Assembly: GCA_041484665.1 (NCBI GenBank)
Contig: JBGPIA010000001.1
Location: forward strand, 384,001 to 448,000
DNA: 64,000 bases
Reading direction: 5' to 3'
From: Candidatus Krumholzibacteriia bacterium
GTDB taxonomy: Bacteria; Krumholzibacteriota; Krumholzibacteriia; JAJRXK01
Made by a program: the position numbers and the translations under genes. Position 1 is the first letter of the stretch. Every line of letters begins with the position of its first letter. Below the pieces are notes generated by a model. The model was not told the origin of the DNA and did no database searches. It was given only the letters and a program-made list of their open reading frames with translations. Shown in pieces: positions 40,817 to 51,413 of this stretch.

Positions 40817-43000
40817 CTACGTGCCACCGTCCACGCGCGCGCCCAGGACCTTCACCAAGAACGACCAGACGTCGGTTTGCTCCTCGATCTGCATCGCAGT
40901 CGGCTTGCCCGCGCCGTGCCCGGCGCGCGTCTGGATGCGGATCAAGACGGGCGAGCTCCCCGACTGCGCCGCCTGCAGGCGCGCCGCGTACTTGAAGCTG
41001 TGTCCGGGAACCACGCGGTCGTCGTGATCGGCCGTCGTGATGAGCTCGGCCGGATAGGAAGCGCCGGGCTTGATGTTGTGGTAGGGCGAGTATGCGTAGA
41101 GCGTCTTGAATTGCTGGGGATCCTCCGACGAGCCGTAGTCAGAGGTCCACGCCCACCCGATCGTGAACTTGTGGAAGCGGAGCATGTCCATCACGCCGAC
41201 CGCGGGCACCGCAGCGCCAAACAGATCGGGCCGCTGATTGACGCACGCTCCGACCAGCAGCCCGCCATTGGAGCCACCGCCGATGGCGAGCTTCGGGGTG
41301 GACGTCCACCCCTCCTTGATCAGGTACTCGGCCGCAGCGATGAAGTCATCGAACACGTTCTGCTTGTTCTGCAGCATCCCGGCCTGGTGCCACTCCTCGC
41401 CGTACTCGTTGCCACCGCGCAGGCTGGCCTGGGCATAGACGCCCCCGATCTCGAGCCACGCCAGCCGGCTGACGGAGAAGCCCGGCGTCATTGCGATGTC
41501 GAAGCCGCCATAGCCGTACAGGTACGTGGGATTGGAGTGATCGCGCAGTAGCCCCTTCTTGTAGACCAGGAACAGCGGGACGCGCGTGCCGTCCTTGCTG
41601 TTGAAGAAGACCTGCTGGGTCTCATAGGGCGAAGCGTCGAACTTGATCTCCGGCTTGCGGAAGAGCGTGCTCTTGCCGAGGGCGAAGTCGTACCGGTAGA
41701 TCGTCGCCGGGTAGACGAACGACGTGAACGAGTAGAAGACCTCGCTGTCCTTGCGCATGCCCTCCAGCCCACCCACGCTGCCCAGGGTGGGCAGCTCGAG
41801 CTGGCCGAGCGCCTTGCCATCCAGCGCGAAGATCCGCACCTGGTCGGCGGCGTCGTGGAGGTAGGAGGCCACGAACGAGTCGTGGATCATCCCGACGCCC
41901 CCCAGGACATCCTGCCCCTGCGCGATGATCGTGCGCCAGCTCCCGCGTTGCGGGTGGTCGCTGTCGATGGCAATCACGCGGCCGCGCGGGGCCTCGAGGT
42001 CGGTCCGGAAGTACATCACCGCACCGTCGTTGCCCAGGAAGCTGTAGCTGGCGTCGAAGTCGTCGAGCAGCTTGGTGACGGTCGAGCCCGGCTGGGACAG
42101 GTCCTGGCAGTAGATCCGATTGCGCCGGTCCGTCCCCTGCGAGATCGAGATGATCAGCCAGCGGCCGTCCTCGCTCACCGCGCCGCCGAACCCCCACTCC
42201 TTCTGGTCGGGCCGCTCGTAGGCCAGCCGGTCCTCCTTCTGCGACGTGCCCAGCATGTGGAAGAAGAGCTTCTGGAAGTAGTTGGCTTGCTGCAGCTCCT
42301 GCCCCGGCGCCGGTGGGTCGTAGGCGCTGTAGTAGAAGCCCGACCCATCGTGCGCCCATGCAGCGTCGGAGAACTTGCTCCAATGGATCTCGTCGGGCAG
42401 GTCCTTGCCCGTGCCGACATCACGTACGCGCCAGACGACCCAGTCCGAGCCGCCGTCGGCGGTCGCCCAAGCCAGCAGTCTGCCGTCCTCGCTGATCGAG
42501 AGCCCCGCCAGCGCCACCGTGCCATCGGCGGAGAGCGTGTTGGGATCCAGCAGCACGCGCGCCGCGCCCTGCAGGCCATCCTGCACGAACAGCACGTTCT
42601 GATTCTGCAGCCCGCTGTTGTTGAAGTAGAAGTAGCGCTCGCCCCGCTTGAACGGGGGGGTGAACTTCGGGAAGTTCCACAGCTCGGTGAGCCGGGCGCG
42701 GATCCGCTCTCGCGCCGGGATGCCGTCGAGGAACGAGCGCGTGAGCTGGTTCTCCGCGGCGATCCACGCCTGCGAAGCGGGCGAGTCGGAGTCCTCCAGC
42801 CAGCGGTACGGATCGGCGACCTTCGTACCATGGTAGTCATCGACCTGGTCCACGGTGCGGGCCGGCGGGTAGTGCAAGCGCTGCTCGACCGCGGTCGCAG
42901 CGCCGGCGTGGAGCGTGGGCGTGCCGAGCGTGGCGAGCAACGCGAACAGAGCGGCCACGCGCAGCGCGAGGGGCAGCGAGCGGCGCAGAGATCGGGTCAT
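40817..43000 (-). CDS. Secreted prolyl oligopeptidase (S9A)
   Basis: Signal peptide; 'ADPYRWLE', 'YGYGGF', catalytic 'GGSNGG', 'DHDDRV', 'AGHG'. Confidence 0.95.
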   Translation of the reverse strand: MTRSLRRSLPLALRVAALFALLATLGTPTLHAGAATAVEQRLHYPPARTVDQVDDYHGTKVADPYRWLEDSDSPASQAWIAAENQLTRSFLDGIPARERIRARLTELWNFPKFTPPFKRGERYFYFNNSGLQNQNVLFVQDGLQGAARVLLDPNTLSADGTVALAGLSISEDGRLLAWATADGGSDWVVWRVRDVGTGKDLPDEIHWSKFSDAAWAHDGSGFYYSAYDPPAPGQELQQANYFQKLFFHMLGTSQKEDRLAYERPDQKEWGFGGAVSEDGRWLIISISQGTDRRNRIYCQDLSQPGSTVTKLLDDFDASYSFLGNDGAVMYFRTDLEAPRGRVIAIDSDHPQRGSWRTIIAQGQDVLGGVGMIHDSFVASYLHDAADQVRIFALDGKALGQLELPTLGSVGGLEGMRKDSEVFYSFTSFVYPATIYRYDFALGKSTLFRKPEIKFDASPYETQQVFFNSKDGTRVPLFLVYKKGLLRDHSNPTYLYGYGGFDIAMTPGFSVSRLAWLEIGGVYAQASLRGGNEYGEEWHQAGMLQNKQNVFDDFIAAAEYLIKEGWTSTPKLAIGGGSNGGLLVGACVNQRPDLFGAAVPAVGVMDMLRFHKFTIGWAWTSDYGSSEDPQQFKTLYAYSPYHNIKPGASYPAELITTADHDDRVVPGHSFKYAARLQAAQSGSSPVLIRIQTRAGHGAGKPTAMQIEEQTDVWSFLVKVLGARVDGGT

Positions 43001-43230
43001 GATGGGCTCCTGCGGAAGGAGGTGAGCACGCGGGGGATGGACCGAGCAGCGGGTGCCGAGCAGGGGCGCCGGACCGCCGCGGCGCGGCACCGTCGGGTTG
43101 TCGGGCGCTCGCGCGCGGCGTATCCTGCAGCGTTACGGCCGGCATCGGTACCGGTCGCTCGCCGGCAGCCCTAGCCCGGCGGGGATCGGTCAGCCGTCGG
43201 GGACCCAACGTAGGCCAAATCGGTGGGCGC

Positions 43231-45096
43231 GTGCAAGGAAGCCAGTCCCCTCAACGTCTCGGCCTGCCGCCGGCGCTGCTGTGGGCACTCGCCTTCGGGG
43301 CGGTGATCGCCCACCTGCCCGCCCTGTCGGGTTTCTTCGCCCAGGACGACTGGACGCACCTGGCCCGCGGGGCTGGCCTGGTGTCGACGGCCGCGCTGCC
43401 CGCGCGGCCCGTGAGCAGTGTCCTGTATTGGAAGCTGCTCTGGCCGCTCTTGCACCTCTCCTCGCCCGCCTACCACGGGCTTTCACTGCTCTTGTGGATG
43501 ACGTGTGTGCTCCTGGCGGCGCGCGTCGGCGTCCGCCTGGGGCTGCGCGCCAGCGGCGCAGCCATCGCGGGGCTAGTGGTGGCGGGCACGCCGGTGGCGA
43601 TCCTGCCCCTCTTCTGGGTGAGCGCTTCCTCTGAGATCCTGGCCTGCGGGCTCGCGCTGGCGGCTGTGGACCGCTGGCTGGCGGGAGGCCGGCGCAACGG
43701 GATCGCCGCGGCGGTGCTGGCCGGGCTCGCGGCGCTGAGCAAGGAGAGCGCCCTCGGGCTACCCCTGCTGCTCGGCGCACTGGCGCTGCGGGGGGAAGCC
43801 GGCGTGCGCGCAGGGCGGACCCGCCGCCTCCTGGTGGCGTGCGTGGCCGCGCCGGCTGCCGTGGCGTGCGCCGCGGGGCTGCTGGTGGCCCACGCGCTCC
43901 CGCACGGTCTCCACGATGCATACGCGCTCGGCGGGCCTGCGACCGTGCTGCGCAATCTGGGGGTGTTCGGCGGCTGGCTGGTCAGCCCGTGGCGCTTCGC
44001 CTTGTTCTATAGCCCCCTGCTGCCATGGGTCGGAGCGCTGGTCTGGGGTCTTTGGTCATTCGCGGCCCTGCGTGCGTGGCGCGCCGGGGAGAGGCTGGGA
44101 GGGCTGGCGCTCTGGTGGGCGCTGCTGGTCGTGGCGCCGACGTTGGGCCTGCTGTCGCACGTCTACCCCTACTACCTGCTGCTCGCCGTTCCCGCGTGGG
44201 GCTGGATGCTGGGGTTGCTGTTGCAGGGGCCGGCCGAGCAGCTGCTCGCCGCGCTGGCGACGCCCGCCGCGCCCAAGGCAGCGACGCCCGCCGCGCCCAA
44301 AGCTTCGCCGACCACGCTCGCAGCGCAGGCCGTGGCCTTGGTCGCGCTGCTCGTCGCGGCGGGGGCGACCGCTAGCCTGGGCTGGAGCGCCACGCAGGCC
44401 ACGCTCACCACCCGCACCAGCGAGGGGCTCCAAGCAGAGCCGATTGCGGCGCGCGCTTCCATCGCCGCGGGCGTCGCGCGCCAGGTACGCGGTCTGCGTC
44501 TGTTGGGCACCTCCAGGCTGGCGATCCTGCAGGCCACCACGGTCGAGGTCCCCGATACGCTGCGCTTGCGCGACCGGGGCGTCGTGATCGCGGGGAGTCT
44601 GGTCTACGGGGCGATGGATGGCGCCGTGGGATTCTCGCTGCTGGTCCCGCGTGGCGCGAAGGTGCAGTGGACGAGCCATCTCGACGACCTGCCCGGCGAC
44701 ACGGTGGTCCTCTTGGACGCGGGAGACGCGTTCCTCCGCATGCTGGGCGACGTCACCAACGCGCGCCTCTACTCGGCGCTGATCGCGGTGGCGGCGGGTC
44801 AGTTCACGCGTGCTCGCCATGACCTGTGGACGGTCAGCGAGCTCGGCGGCGGGCCGGTCACCTTCGCCTACAACGCGCAGAAGCTGCCAATCCCGCTGCA
44901 GCATCTCGACGACGCCGCGCCCGCGTTCGAGGCGATGCTTCGCCAGGAAGGCTCGCCGGCGTCGTACCGCGTCCTCAATCTGTTTCAGCAGCTGGCTCGC
45001 GCCGTGCGCGGGCGGCCGGCTCCGGCTGCGGGGGACTCGCTGTCTCCTTCGGCCACCCCAGCCACGGGAGCTGCAGCGCCAGCCGGCGGCGGGTGA
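43231..45096 (+). CDS. Polytopic membrane protein, possibly a GT-C fold glycosyltransferase
   Basis: Multiple TMs; 'FAQDDW' acidic pair after TM1, 'RP', 'LSKES', 'YYL'. Confidence 0.55.
   Translation: MQGSQSPQRLGLPPALLWALAFGAVIAHLPALSGFFAQDDWTHLARGAGLVSTAALPARPVSSVLYWKLLWPLLHLSSPAYHGLSLLLWMTCVLLAARVGVRLGLRASGAAIAGLVVAGTPVAILPLFWVSASSEILACGLALAAVDRWLAGGRRNGIAAAVLAGLAALSKESALGLPLLLGALALRGEAGVRAGRTRRLLVACVAAPAAVACAAGLLVAHALPHGLHDAYALGGPATVLRNLGVFGGWLVSPWRFALFYSPLLPWVGALVWGLWSFAALRAWRAGERLGGLALWWALLVVAPTLGLLSHVYPYYLLLAVPAWGWMLGLLLQGPAEQLLAALATPAAPKAATPAAPKASPTTLAAQAVALVALLVAAGATASLGWSATQATLTTRTSEGLQAEPIAARASIAAGVARQVRGLRLLGTSRLAILQATTVEVPDTLRLRDRGVVIAGSLVYGAMDGAVGFSLLVPRGAKVQWTSHLDDLPGDTVVLLDAGDAFLRMLGDVTNARLYSALIAVAAGQFTRARHDLWTVSELGGGPVTFAYNAQKLPIPLQHLDDAAPAFEAMLRQEGSPASYRVLNLFQQLARAVRGRPAPAAGDSLSPSATPATGAAAPAGGG
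44257..44304 (+). repeat. 24-bp tandem duplication encoding ATPAAPKA twice
   Basis: gcgacgcccgccgcgcccaaggca / gcgacgcccgccgcgcccaaagct. Confidence 0.8.
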
Positions 45097-45982
45097 CCAA
45101 CAACGGCAGTGCGCCGTGCTGGATGGTCACGTCGAACTCGGTATGGTCGCCCAGGTCCTCCCCGTCGAGCTGCAATGGAAGTGGGCGCTCGCAGCGCACG
45201 CTCACCGTGCTGGCGCGGAAGAGCCGAACGCCCGGGTGGCGCTTGCGACCGGGGCGCAGCGGCGAGGTGACCACGCCGATGACGTGGCGCAGGGAGGCCA
45301 TGCGGATCAGCGCCACGTCCAGCTGGCCGTCCTCCCCCTGCGCGTCGGGCGGGAACACCCACGGGCCGACCTGCGTGCCGAAGTTTGCGATCACCACCGA
45401 AGCCACGTTCGCCGACTCGCGCTTGCCGTCGATGGTCAGCTCGAAGCGGTGATGCCGGCTGGGAAAATTCCGAAGCGCGAACCAGAGGTAGGCGAGCTTG
45501 CCCAGCTTGTTCTTGGCCTGGCGGTCGGCCTGGCGCATGAGCCGGCCGTCCATACCGATGCCCATGGCCAGCAGGAAGGGCTGATCGCGGCAGAGGCCGA
45601 GGTCGACCCGGCGCACGACGCCGTCCTTCACGGCGGAGAGCGCCGCATCGACCTGGAACGGCAGAGCCAGGCGCAACGCCACCACGTTGCCGCTGCCCAC
45701 CGGCACGATCACCATCGGCCGATCGCCACCGGCCAGGGCGCGCGCGGCGGCCTGCACCGTGCCGTCGCCACCCATCACGATCACCGGGCCGCGACCGGGG
45801 GAGCGGCGGATGAGCTCGTCGGCGTCGCAGTCCTGGGTCGTCTCGACCCAGCGGTCCGGGAGGCCAGCACGCCGCAAGGCGCGCCGCAGCTTGTCCGGAT
45901 CGGGTCCACGCTGACCGAACCCGGCAGCGGGATTCAGCACGATGAGCGGCTCGTCGCTTCCCAAGAGCGTGCTCCCCACCAA
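44975..45982 (-). CDS. Diacylglycerol/lipid kinase family protein (YegS/BmrU-like)
   Basis: 'LNPAAG', 'GGDGT', 'PVGSGN', 'EDGQLDV', 'QLDGE'; 3' end overlaps the convergent gene. Confidence 0.88.
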   Translation of the reverse strand: MVGSTLLGSDEPLIVLNPAAGFGQRGPDPDKLRRALRRAGLPDRWVETTQDCDADELIRRSPGRGPVIVMGGDGTVQAAARALAGGDRPMVIVPVGSGNVVALRLALPFQVDAALSAVKDGVVRRVDLGLCRDQPFLLAMGIGMDGRLMRQADRQAKNKLGKLAYLWFALRNFPSRHHRFELTIDGKRESANVASVVIANFGTQVGPWVFPPDAQGEDGQLDVALIRMASLRHVIGVVTSPLRPGRKRHPGVRLFRASTVSVRCERPLPLQLDGEDLGDHTEFDVTIQHGALPLLVTRRRLALQLPWLGWPKETASPPQPEPAARARREPAAETD

Positions 45983-46035
45983 GGCGTAGCCCCCGATGCC
46001 CGCGCGCGGCGCGCTAAGCGGACGCCGGCCGGCGC

Positions 46036-46554
46036 TCAGCCGACGAGCCGCTTCACGACCGCGAGCGCCCCGTCGTAGTCGGGCTCCTCGGTGACCTCCG
46101 GGACGTATTGCACCCAGCGCACGACGTCCTCCTTGTCGACCACGAACACAGCGCGAGCGAGCAGCTTGAGGTCCTTCAACAGCGTACCCCAGTGCAGCCC
46201 GAAGCTACGGTCCTGGTAGTCGCTGACGACCTTGACGGCCGTGGCGTCGTGCGCCCCGCACCAGCGCTTCTGGGCGAACGGCAGGTCGACGCTGACCGTG
46301 TAGATGTCCACGCTGGACAGCTTGATCGCGCTCTCGTTGAACTTGGCGGTCTGGATGCTGCAGACGGACGTGTCGAGGGAGGGAACGACGCTGAACACCC
46401 GGACCCGGCCCTGGGTGTCCGCAAGGGTCACGGGCTTGAGGTCGCCGTCCACCACGCGGAAGTCGGGCGCCTTGCTTCCGACCTTGATTTCCGGTCCCAA
46501 CAGGGCCACGGGATTGCCCTTGAACTTCACGGCTCCGGCGCGCTCCTGCGTCAT
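46036..46554 (-). CDS. tpx: Thiol peroxidase
   Basis: AAAGGAG RBS; 'VPSLDTSVC', 'DLPFAQKRWC', 'EPDY'. Confidence 0.95.
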   Translation of the reverse strand: MTQERAGAVKFKGNPVALLGPEIKVGSKAPDFRVVDGDLKPVTLADTQGRVRVFSVVPSLDTSVCSIQTAKFNESAIKLSSVDIYTVSVDLPFAQKRWCGAHDATAVKVVSDYQDRSFGLHWGTLLKDLKLLARAVFVVDKEDVVRWVQYVPEVTEEPDYDGALAVVKRLVG

Positions 46555-46735
46555 CGCTGCTCTCCTTTCGTGCTGCGGATGGCTGGCTGCTCGCTGCGGT
46601 CCGCTGGGGGAGGCTCGCGCGCTTGCGGCGGGTCCCCGCGCGGGCGGGATGGCCGCCGGAAGGGTACCCGGTTTGGGCGCAGACGCAAGTTGCGGCCGGG
46701 GCTGCGGCGCTGCGAGCGGGCGGTCTCCCCCGCCG

Positions 46736-47290
46736 TCAGCGCCCACCCGCACCCTCGCTCTGCAGCCGCCGATGCGCGAGGAAGAGCGCGCACACGGACT
46801 TGGCGTCGCGCAGGCGGCCGTCCTGGCACATGGCCAGCGCCTCGGCCAGCGGCACGCGCTCCACGCTGAGCACCTCGTCGTCCTCGAGTTGCTGCTGTGC
46901 GGCGGTCAACTCGCGCGCCAGGAAGAGGTGGATCACTTCATCCGTGAAGCCGGGGGTGGTCAGGATGCTGCCGAGCAGCTCGATCCGGCGCGCGCCGACG
47001 CCCGCCTCCTCTGCCAACTCGCGCGCGGCGCACGCCGCGGGCGCTTCGCCTGAGTCGAGCTTTCCGGCGGGCACCTCGTAGATGAAGCCGCCAGCCGCGT
47101 GGCGGTATTGCCGGATGAGCAGCACGCAGCCGCTGTCGTCCAGCGGCACGATGGCGGACGCGCCTGGATGCCGAACGACCTCCAGCTCGAGTGTCTGCCC
47201 GCCGGGCAACTCGACGCGCTCCACGCGCAGGTGGACGACGCGGCCGCGGTACACGTCGCGGCCCTCGGGCAATCGGCGCTCAGGCGGCAT
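46736..47290 (-). CDS. NUDIX hydrolase (ADP-ribose pyrophosphatase-like)
   Basis: 'HPGA', 'QYR', Nudix box 'GKLDSGEAPAACAARELAEEAG', 'TPGFTDE', 'DAKS'. Confidence 0.9.
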   Translation of the reverse strand: MPPERRLPEGRDVYRGRVVHLRVERVELPGGQTLELEVVRHPGASAIVPLDDSGCVLLIRQYRHAAGGFIYEVPAGKLDSGEAPAACAARELAEEAGVGARRIELLGSILTTPGFTDEVIHLFLARELTAAQQQLEDDEVLSVERVPLAEALAMCQDGRLRDAKSVCALFLAHRRLQSEGAGGR

Positions 47291-47587
47291 GGCGCTCCCC
47301 GGAAGGTGCGCGCTCAGTGCGGATCGCGCCGGCGCGAGCGGCCCTGCCGCTGACCGCCGGTCCCGCCCGCGGCCGACACTCCGCGTCGCGCGGGCATGAT
47401 GGCGGCGACCGGGGGCGGCCCGATCATGCCGCACGCGGCGCCGCACTGACAAGCGCCGTAGCACCGGCAGACGCGCCGCCGCGCCGCGCGCGCAGTGGGC
47501 GGCACGGGCGTGCTACGATCCATTGTCCGTATCCCGAAAGCTCGCGCCCTGCGTGGATCGCCCACCGCCGCAGCGAGAAGGAGTGCA

Positions 47588-48682
47588 GTGAGAGCCATCG
47601 TCCTGCGGGCGCATGGAGGCCCCGAGCAACTGCGCCTCGAAGCCTATCCGGATCCTGTTGCGCAGCCCGGCGACGTGCTCGTGCGCGTGCGCGCCTGCGG
47701 GCTGAACAACCTCGACACCCAGATCCGCCGCGGGATCCCCGGTGTGGCGATCGCCATGCCGCACGTCCTGGGTTGCGACATCGCGGGGGAGGTCGTGGCG
47801 TTGGGTCCGCAGCCGGGCTTGCCGGCGGCCGGTGCCCTGGGCGCGGCCGTCGCAGTGTCGGCCGCGCTGGCTCCCGCCGCACGCCCACTGCAGACAGGCG
47901 ACCGGGTGATCGTCTGTCCCGGCTCGGCGTGCGGGCGCTGCCGCGCGTGCCTGACCGGCAACGACAGCGCCTGCCCCCAGTACGTCATGCTCGGCTACCA
48001 GCGCCACGGCGGCTACGCGGAGCTCGTGCGCGTGCCGGCGCGCAGCGTCCTGCGCGTGAGCGATCGGTGGTCGTGGGAAGAGTGGGCGTCGGTGCCGTTG
48101 GTGTTCCTGACGGCGTGGCACATGCTCATCGGACGCGCGCGCCTGCAGCCGGGCGAGACCGTGCTGGTGCACGCGGCCGGCAGCGGCGTCGGCATCGCGG
48201 CGATCCAGATCGCGCAGGTGGCGGGTGCGCGGGTGATCGCCACCGCGGGCAGCGATGCCAAGCTCGAGCGCGCGCGGCAGCTCGGCGCCCACGCGGTCGT
48301 GAGCTACGCGCGTCCTGACTGGCATAAGGATGTGCGGCGCCACTGCGGCGGGGAAGGCGTAGATGTGGTGCTCGAGCATGTCGGGGCGGACACGTGGAGC
48401 GGGAGCCTGGCGTCTTTGGCGCGCGGCGGACGGCTGGTGACCTGCGGGGCGACCAGCGGGCCGCACGTGGGCATCGATCTGCGGCATCTGTTCGTTAAGC
48501 AGCTCACGCTGCTGGGCAGCTACATGGGCGCGCAGCACGAGCTGCTGCGTGTGGTGGAGCTCCTGGAGCGCTCACAGCTGCGGCCGGTGGTGGATGGGGT
48601 GTTCCCGCTGGAGGAGGCCGCCCAGGCGCACGAGCGGGTGGGGCGCCGCGAGCACTTCGGGAAGGTCGTGCTCCGCGTGTGA
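47588..48682 (+). CDS. Zinc-binding alcohol dehydrogenase/quinone oxidoreductase family protein
   Basis: AAGGAG RBS; structural Zn motif 'CGRCRAC..G.DSAC'; 'AAGSGVG'; 'HFGKVVL'. Confidence 0.9.
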   Translation: MRAIVLRAHGGPEQLRLEAYPDPVAQPGDVLVRVRACGLNNLDTQIRRGIPGVAIAMPHVLGCDIAGEVVALGPQPGLPAAGALGAAVAVSAALAPAARPLQTGDRVIVCPGSACGRCRACLTGNDSACPQYVMLGYQRHGGYAELVRVPARSVLRVSDRWSWEEWASVPLVFLTAWHMLIGRARLQPGETVLVHAAGSGVGIAAIQIAQVAGARVIATAGSDAKLERARQLGAHAVVSYARPDWHKDVRRHCGGEGVDVVLEHVGADTWSGSLASLARGGRLVTCGATSGPHVGIDLRHLFVKQLTLLGSYMGAQHELLRVVELLERSQLRPVVDGVFPLEEAAQAHERVGRREHFGKVVLRV

Positions 48683-48865
48683 CCCGCCGGATCACCGGCG
48701 AACCCCCCTCCGGAGCGCGGCATGTCCTCGTACTGGAGGCGGTCGCGTGGAACGAACCGGCCGCCGCGACGGTATGCGGGTCCTACGCGTTTGGGTCGGG
48801 CGCCGCGGGCCGGCCAACGGCCGCCCGCGCGGACGAGCGGCCCGCTGGCCAGAGCCGTCCGCCGC

Positions 48866-49378
48866 TCAGTTGGAGAGCGCCGGCTCCGCGGAGGCATGCC
48901 GGCCTGCCGTGGCGCGGCCCTCGGGTGCAAGCCCGGCCGTGCCGTAGCGCTGCTGGAGGGCGCCGGCGAGGTTATTGATCTCCTGCGCCACGTCGAAGAG
49001 CGCGTCGTCGGCCCGGAACTCGAGCTGCTGCGAGAAGTCACCGTTGGCCATGGCGCGCAGGGCCTGGTTGAGGCGCGGAATCGGCCCGACGATCTGGTTG
49101 GAGAAACGCAGGCCGAGGAAGTAGACCACGACTCCCATGCCGAGCGCGATGAGCAGCACCGTGGGCAGGCAGGCGATCCACAGGTCGACATCGAGGAAGC
49201 GCTGCAGGCTGCCCGCCTCCTCCGCCAGAACGTGGATGCGGTACTGGGTGATGGCTTGATAGACCAGGCCGACATCGATCTGCAGGAACACCAGCATCGC
49301 GGCGAAATAGACCTGGTAGCGTGGCTTGACCACCCACCGCCGCCGCCGGACGGGCCGTTCCTGGTTGTTTTTGGCCAT
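48866..49378 (-). CDS. Small 2-TM HAMP-domain protein without an output domain
   Basis: 'RRRRWVVKPRYQ', two TMs, 'FSNQIVGPIPRL..ALRAMANGDF....FRADD'. Confidence 0.7.
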   Translation of the reverse strand: MAKNNQERPVRRRRWVVKPRYQVYFAAMLVFLQIDVGLVYQAITQYRIHVLAEEAGSLQRFLDVDLWIACLPTVLLIALGMGVVVYFLGLRFSNQIVGPIPRLNQALRAMANGDFSQQLEFRADDALFDVAQEINNLAGALQQRYGTAGLAPEGRATAGRHASAEPALSN

Positions 49379-49457
49379 GCGCGCCACCTCGCACGTCAAG
49401 GGTCCACCGTGTCAGTCCCGGGCAACAGTTGCCGCTCGGGCTCCGGGGACCCTGTCG

Positions 49458-49473
49458 AGCAACATTCCTGCCA
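49458..49473 (-). promoter_or_regulatory. Putative sigma54 promoter
   Basis: CTGGCAGGAATGTTGCT (GG-N10-GC, TTGC intact), 80 nt upstream of ATG 49378. Confidence 0.55.
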
Positions 49474-49530
49474 GCAGTGGCCCGCCGTGCCGCGCACGCC
49501 AGCTCGCGCGGCTGCGGGCGTGAGCACACC

Positions 49531-51087
49531 TCACGGGTTCCCCGCTGGGGAGGATACGATCGCAGTGGGAACCGGCGGCGGTCCGTCGGAGAGGTAGCCC
49601 TTGTAGGTCATTCCCTTAGTTTTCTCCGCGAACTCTGCGCGGATCTGCTCGCGCACGTGCGCGTCTTCGAACAGATCGACTATCGTCACCGCGAGGGCCT
49701 TCGCCGCATATAGCATTCCGGCGTGGCCGATCGACATGCCGCCGCAGGCCACGACCGGCCAGGCATGCCACGGCGCCTCCTTGGCGGCTGTCGTCACCGA
49801 GAGGTGGAGCGTCGGCACGTTCCAGCTCACGTCTCCAACGTCCGTGGACCCACCCTCCGGCTCGCCCGGCGCCAGGTCGAGCGGCTCGATGACGCAGCTG
49901 AGCCCCGACGGCTCGACCCCCGTGGCGCGCTGGATCTCCTTGGCGAACTCCTGTTCCTGCGGCGTCCACTGCACCGGGCCCAGCCACGCGAGGTTGGCGT
50001 GGATCAGCTTGGCGCCCGTCAGGTTCACCAGCATCTCGTAATCGCCGCCTTGGACCTTGAGCTCGGACTGCACGCCCGCGGCCAGGGCTGCTCCGCGCGC
50101 GATGTCGCGCATGCGCCCCATGACGTCCTCGACGCCCTCACGGGTGGAGTCGCGCACCCAGACCCAGAGCTTCGCGTAGTCGGGCACGACGTTGGGCACC
50201 CTGGCGCCTTCGAGCATGACGTAGTGCATGCGCACGGTGGGCTTGACGTGCTCGCGGAGCATGTTGAGGGAGAAGGTGAAGATCTCCAGCCCGTCCTGCG
50301 CGCTGCGCCCGTTCCAAGGGTCGAACGCGGCGTGGGCGGCGCGCCCGTGGAACTCCACGACGAAGTCCACCAGCGCCTGGCTGCTGCGCGTGTCGGCCTT
50401 GGTTTCGCTGTCGGGATGCCACGCCAGGCAGACGTCGAGATCGCTGAACAGCCCGGCGCGCAGCATGTAGAGTTTGCCGCCGATCTGCTCCTCCGCGGGA
50501 GTGCCGTAGAAACGGATCGTGCCCTTGAGCTTGCCCGCCGCCATCAGCTCCTTGACCGCCAGCGCGGCCCCCAGGCTGCCGGCGCCGAAGAGGTTGTGGC
50601 CGCAGCCGTGTCCAGCAGCGTTGGGCTCCAGCGCCTCCTGATGGGAGACCGCTTTCTGGGAGATGCCGGGCAGCGCGTCAAACTCTCCGAGGATCCCGAT
50701 GATGGGAAGGCCGAGGCCGTACTCAGCGGTGAACGCAGTGGGCATGTCGGCGACGCCGCGCATCACGGTGAAGCCCTGCTGCTGCGCGTAGTCTGCGAGG
50801 GCGGCGCTGCTGCGGGTCTCGCGCAGCGCGGTCTCGGCGTAGCTCCAGATGCGGTCGCTGAGGTCGGTGAGCTCGGCGCGGTGGCGCTCGATCGCCGCCA
50901 CGGCCTGGTCCTTCTTCTGGCGGGCGGCCGCGGCGGCGCCCGATGCCGGGGCGGCGAGCAGGGCGGCTGCAACGAGCAACGCGAGCGCGGTGAGCGGGAA
51001 ACGTCCGGTACCGCGCGTGGTGCGGTAAGAGCCGTTGGAGCACGTGAGGCCGGCGCAGCGGGCAAGACGACTTTGGCGTAGGGTCAT
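49531..51087 (-). CDS. Secreted M20 amidohydrolase (AbgB-like)
   Basis: Signal peptide; 'EFDALPG', 'GHGCGHN', 'GTPAEE', 'WHP', 'GSTDVGDVSW'. Confidence 0.9.
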   Translation of the reverse strand: MTLRQSRLARCAGLTCSNGSYRTTRGTGRFPLTALALLVAAALLAAPASGAAAAARQKKDQAVAAIERHRAELTDLSDRIWSYAETALRETRSSAALADYAQQQGFTVMRGVADMPTAFTAEYGLGLPIIGILGEFDALPGISQKAVSHQEALEPNAAGHGCGHNLFGAGSLGAALAVKELMAAGKLKGTIRFYGTPAEEQIGGKLYMLRAGLFSDLDVCLAWHPDSETKADTRSSQALVDFVVEFHGRAAHAAFDPWNGRSAQDGLEIFTFSLNMLREHVKPTVRMHYVMLEGARVPNVVPDYAKLWVWVRDSTREGVEDVMGRMRDIARGAALAAGVQSELKVQGGDYEMLVNLTGAKLIHANLAWLGPVQWTPQEQEFAKEIQRATGVEPSGLSCVIEPLDLAPGEPEGGSTDVGDVSWNVPTLHLSVTTAAKEAPWHAWPVVACGGMSIGHAGMLYAAKALAVTIVDLFEDAHVREQIRAEFAEKTKGMTYKGYLSDGPPPVPTAIVSSPAGNP

Positions 51088-51413
51088 GCTCTTGATCTCC
51101 CGGGATCGGTGTGACGAGCGGAGCAGCGCAGGACACGGCGGCAAGCAGCGTAGCGTCCCGCCCATGACGGCGGCAAGCCCGCCGGGAGCCGGCAGGAGCA
51201 GGGAGCTCCCGGCGAGCGAACCGCGACAGCCGGCGTGCCCAGAGCCAAAGGCGAACGCAGACGTTTGCCGTTGTTCGCGACCGCTGCGGCGATTAGATTC
51301 GTGCGGTCCCTCCACGAGCCAAAAGCAGCGCAGGCGCCGCGGACGTCCGTCCCGGGACCCGCTGCTCCCGTCGTGCACAGCGCCGCGCCCGCATTCAGGA
51401 GGAGAGGCTGGTC

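Noticed and set aside
47314..47598. Small Cys-rich ORF (CRCYGACQCGAAC) as a possible RiPP or metal-binding peptide
   Set aside because: No RBS, no modifying enzymes adjacent, and it spans a divergent promoter region; likely chance
51200..51300. GGCAAAC on the minus strand suggesting a c-di-GMP-I riboswitch
   Set aside because: No GAAA-capped P2 stem or GACGCAAAGC segment follows
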